Below are positions 61,201 through 64,000 of a stretch of DNA of 64,000 nucleotides, in pieces (the first letter of the stretch is position 1; each line of letters starts with the position of its first letter). The stretch spans positions 4,464,001 to 4,528,000 of the forward strand of contig CM119383.1 in NCBI GenBank assembly GCA_051294905.1, read 5' to 3'. The notes under the pieces are model-generated. The model was not told the DNA's origin. It saw only the letters and a list, made by a program, of their open reading frames with translations, and ran no database searches. A program made the position numbers and the translations under genes. This stretch comes from Botryllus schlosseri (Eukaryota).

Positions 61201-62415
61201 TTGTAAACCGAGCGTGAGACTTCGCAACGCGAGAATAGTCGAAATGGTCGGGAACGAAGTCCAGCGATTTGTAAAATAACCTTATAGTTTGAGATCTGTT
61301 TTTTTCGATCTATACTTCATGTCATGCTTGCTTCACTTGAACTGTAACCTACGCTTGTCCTTCGGATATTATATATATACCTTTATATATATACCTTTAA
61401 CTTAATTTTTGGCGATGTTCATAATTATAGTTTTCACTGAAAGCAAAAACCCTGTATCCTTATGGGGATGTAGCGTAATGGTGGAGTGTCCGGCTTCGTG
61501 ATCTGTAGGTCATGGGCTAGATCCCCCGCCCGGCCAGACCAAAGACCTGAACAGTAACACTGGTATTCATGGCTTCCCAGCTTGGCGCTCAGCATTACCG
61601 GGATAGCACGGAGGGGTGCTGCCAGACTTAAAAAGCCTTAAAAGACTGTCTCTGCACCTTTCTTGCCACAGATCGTGTGTATGTATATCATACTGAGCAC
61701 ATCACATCATGGGATATATCTCCATAAGGGTTTGTGTGTTTAAATGGTTTTTAGCAGTTGGAATGGGTGTGGAAAGGTGTATGTTTTCACTATGACACGA
61801 TGCAACCGCTATGTATAATGCTAATGGAGTATCCTCAGTGACGTTTATGCCATTTTTTGTGGTGGCGGACTGATTATATTGGGTACAGTGTGACACTGCT
61901 GTGAAGCAATGGTTCAGTTGTTTCCAAATGAAGAAAAGAAAACATGACGGCACGCAGTCATATTGAAAACTCGGAAAATTAGCATACCTCATCAATCATG
62001 ACGATAAATGTGAGGTGAAAATTTATCAGGACAAAATCAGCTAGTGTATTCGAGCTCTATATTCGATTGAGTTGGCTTCCGCTGGTCGGATCATGATTTT
62101 GGAAAGCACTGGCAATATCACGTCTGTTCCATATTGAAATTGACAGCCGTAGACTATATACTAAGCAAAACACGTAGACAAAAACGTCTGGTCGTCATTA
62201 TAGATTATTGCCAAACCAATCGAAACGTGACCCAAAGTTATTTTTCTCAGACTGCTGTTAACGAGGCGCGTAAACAGGACGAATGTAAGTATAGAGTTAG
62301 TCTAAAATTCTTCGAAAACCTTCCAGTATACACGTTGCCGCACCTTGTTGCAGTGACGTGCGACGGCATCGCGCACGGCGTCGACAGGACCGGCCAAATC
62401 GTGCTTACGTCACAG
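31273..62415 (+). CDS. MYOM: Myomesin-like M-band protein: unique head, 2 Ig, 5 Fn3, then extra Ig domains and helices; 3' end beyond the window
   Basis: 41 phase-consistent GT-AG exons (5022 nt, 1674 codons): 31273-31373, 31647-31758, 32077-32183, 32334-32496, 34651-34895, 35853-35981, 36595-36724, 37456-37607, 37853-38040, 40800-40916, 43612-43707, 43771-43978, 44490-44689, 44782-44868, 44984-45070, 45276-45399, 46032-46138, 46207-46275, 48159-48214, 48277-48390, 48467-48597, 48653-48783, 49252-49402, 50411-50586, 51037-51157, 51434-51525, 51590-51685, 51746-51850, 51916-52031, 52701-52857, 53490-53587, 54085-54259, 55406-55535, 56291-56369, 56519-56603, 56876-56926, 57492-57637, 59617-59761, 61003-61151, 62251-62284, 62354-62415. 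RAPMFEMKIRSHVVWEKMNVKFTCTVRGTPTPTVTWYK...PGKYKI...GLHTLEINR matches myomesin My2 (human MYOM2 RAPEILVRLRSHTVWERM...PGKYRI...GVHTLEINR, recalled). The first exon is the least certain; an alternative start MSLV lies at 31684. Confidence 0.88.
33115..33415. mobile_element. Older hAT (Buster-type) MITE
   Basis: TIR cagtggttctcaaac / gtttgagaagcactg; TSD not preserved. Confidence 0.7.
33526..34383 (-). mobile_element. Deleted hAT-like DNA transposon retaining a transposase C-terminal remnant, copy 2
   Basis: ORF 33775-34068 contains CCLPTTVVVEPSFSILGKLLNKDIHFLPENVGKY, resembling the hAT dimerisation motif P-T-S-x-x-x-E-R-S-F-S. Ends aggcgattttttga / tcaaaaaatcgccct. Confidence 0.7.
36773..37040. 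mobile_element. hAT MITE (TAGGGTTGCATTT family), diverged
   Basis: tagggttgcattt ... tatacaacccta; body similar to 29298-29741. Confidence 0.6.
38911..39476 (+). CDS. Candidate alternative (probably terminal) exon of the myomesin-like gene
   Basis: Strong acceptor cgcttttcag at 38910, in the phase 1 needed after exon 37853-38040. Open for 188 codons to TAA, with exon-like GC content. The main isoform splices cleanly from 38040 to 40800 without it. Confidence 0.6.
41921..42794. mobile_element. hAT (Buster/Charlie-type) non-autonomous element
   Basis: Perfect 15-bp TIR caggggtgggcaaac; perfect TSD atctagct. Confidence 0.93.
46303..46608. mobile_element. hAT (Buster/Charlie-type) MITE
   Basis: Perfect 15-bp TIR cagtggttctcaacc; perfect TSD ctataaag. 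Confidence 0.93.
46853..46886 (-). ncRNA. Minimal type I hammerhead ribozyme motif
   Basis: ACCC-CUGACGA-GUGUCAGCC-GAAA-AUAU-UC/GGGU: intact core, 4-bp helix I, palindromic AAUAUU helix III. Confidence 0.72.
47548..47581 (+). ncRNA. Minimal type I hammerhead ribozyme motif
   Basis: ACCC-CUGACGA-GUGAAAGCC-GAAA-AUAU-UC/GGGU. Confidence 0.72.
49863..50208. mobile_element. hAT (Buster/Charlie-type) MITE with G-rich internal repeats
   Basis: TIR cagaggttcccaac / gttgggaaccactg; perfect TSD gtctaaat. Confidence 0.9.
52228..52355 (-). mobile_element. Solo 128-bp Penelope terminal-repeat insertion
   Basis: Matches 46792-46920; perfect 12-bp TSD atatatgcaatt (52216-52227 and 52356-52367). Confidence 0.85.
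52293..52326 (-). ncRNA. Minimal type I hammerhead ribozyme motif
   Basis: ACCC-CUGACGA-GUGCCAUCC-GAAA-AUAU-UC/GGGU. Confidence 0.7.
54322..54883. mobile_element. hAT MITE with GACTC subterminal repeats, copy 1
   Basis: Collinear with 62944-63488; TSD gtatatag/gtataaac (6/8). Confidence 0.75.
59946..60332. mobile_element. hAT MITE (TAGGGTTGCATTT family)
   Basis: tagggttgcattt / aaatacaacccta; TSD cttccttc/cttctttc (7/8). Confidence 0.78.
61464..61700 (+). mobile_element. tRNA-derived SINE (family B) with a MetaSINE-like central domain
   Basis: A-box tagcgtaatggtggag, degenerate B-box gggctagatccc, then ccagaccaaagacc...tggtattcatggcttcccagcttggcgctcagcatt. 3' boundary approximate. Confidence 0.72.
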
Positions 62416-62943
62416 GTGAGATAAGGATCTGTTGGACGCCGGCATCGTTGGGAATTTTTAGATGGACTTCGTCCAGACCGTTGCTCGATAGGTCACGACG
62501 CGTCACGCGTACGTTTTTCGGAACTGATATTTGGGAAGCGTATCCGGACTGCGTGACGAGAATGCGAGAATGCTATCACGTCTGTTGCAGACTTGGACAG
62601 CTAGATAATTCTAATTGTCTCATTACACCTATTAGAGCGAAATATCGGTAATCTAATTATAACCTTATTCCTGGTCCTGAAAATGCTGCTGTAGAACTGG
62701 ACAGTGCGAAACGAGCCAAGCTTGTCGTATACATCCGTTGTTATTCTTTTTCGTATAAGAATGAACTATGGTTTGATATCAACTGAACTTTTTGTAATTC
62801 ATTGCAATTCGGAATAGCTCAATTTCCAAGTTATTACGAATTCAGTAATTCTAATTCTAATATAATTCGAAAAAGCTGAGCTTTCTCTAGTGGTCTAGCT
62901 CTGGTCCATCAGCCTTGTGCTATATGTTTCGAATGCTATGATC

Positions 62944-63488
62944 CAGGATTGTAACGGCTCGAGTCACGATTATTTTGGTGACTCGGGTGATTGTTTCAAA
63001 TGCGTCAAATGACTCGACTCGACTAGAGTCAATTTGTGTATTGATTCGACTGGTACTCCAGTCAGTGTGCATGACTCGAACCAAGTCGTATGACTCGAGA
63101 CTATAGGTCGGCCACGACAGATGTTTTATTGTAACTTTCAAGAATTTTATTTCGTCTATCAGTCCTGATACTTGGAAAATAAGGCCAGAAACTGCGTCAG
63201 GACTGAGAAAAATTACGATTATATGAATGTAAGCCATTCTATATCAATCGAGCAGAGTTGAAAAAGGTGGGTTGAACCGGATTGAACTCAAAACTGAACA
63301 GTGAACACAATGACTTGGACTTGTACTCGAATCACAAGACTATGACTCGGACTCGACCCTCTACTCACTGACTTGGACTTGGACTTGATTCGGTGGTGAA
63401 TTGAAAATGACTCGACTTGGCTTGAGTCAAAACTATAAAAGTTAGATTGACTTGTGACTCGGAACCTTGTGATTTGGTTACAACTCTG
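62944..63488. mobile_element. hAT MITE with GACTC subterminal repeats, copy 2
   Basis: TIR caggattgtaac / gttacaactctg; perfect TSD ctatgatc. Confidence 0.85.
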
Positions 63489-63950
63489 CTATGATCAAGG
63501 CACTACGGGGTGAGGAGAAAATATCGAAACGGCGATTCTTCTCGTTGATAAAATATTTCTCTCTGGTAAATATTGCGTATAATTTCGTTATTCGAAAAGA
63601 TTGCCTCTTACTACTTCATTCTGTTTCGAGTACCTGAATCTTTCCCAGCCCTAGTGCTTACCAGTGCTCCGCGAAAAATGAATTTCCTAAGCATAACAAC
63701 AGAGGCTTAACCAGGCCTGATATATACCTGGTTCGGGAGCTGATGATTTTGACCGGACTTGATCGTGTAAAGCTGTTTCTGGGACCGGCTTTGTGACGAA
63801 TCCTATATCATAAATTGGGATTCGATTTGGCCGACTCTGGTACACAAAACATGTAAATGCTTCAATTGCTCTAATGTTATACACATTTATGACATTTTAA
63901 GCGCTATATAAACAGAAAAAGACAAATCAATACGTTTGTTCAGGTGTCTG

Positions 63951-64000
63951 GTTGTTGTTGTTTGTGGTATTCATGGTGTTTGTCGACTACAATGGTCATT
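63951..64000 (-). mobile_element. SINE family A 3' end, cut by the window edge
   Basis: ggtattcatggtgtttgtcgacta is the reverse complement of the 3' end of 6541-6794. Confidence 0.7.

Overview
Eukaryotic, AT-rich window with compact GT-AG introns (many 60-70 nt) and dense short transposon insertions. The organism is probably an invertebrate chordate such as an ascidian; this is inferred from the myomesin-like gene and the intron style. Three spliced genes were reconstructed by hand with phase-consistent exons. (1) The 5' part of an SLC22 organic-ion transporter on the minus strand (3718 to <904), running off the left edge. (2) A tandem-domain receptor-type protein tyrosine phosphatase on the minus strand: 16 exons (18196-6356), active D1, inactive D2, and no N-terminal or transmembrane exon found. 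(3) A large myomesin-like sarcomeric gene on the plus strand: 41 exons and about 1674 codons (31273 to >62415), running off the right edge. Its architecture differs from vertebrate myomesin: four extra Ig domains, an extended ER/K helix, acidic and proline-rich micro-exon linkers, and candidate short isoforms. Repeats include hAT MITEs of both Ac and Buster target types, two tRNA-derived SINE families (one nested in the other), an L1/Tx1 3' fragment and an 8-unit interstitial telomeric tract. Several Penelope-like fragments carry minimal hammerhead ribozyme motifs in their terminal repeats. Comparisons with vertebrate proteins and published families are from memory and were not run as searches.
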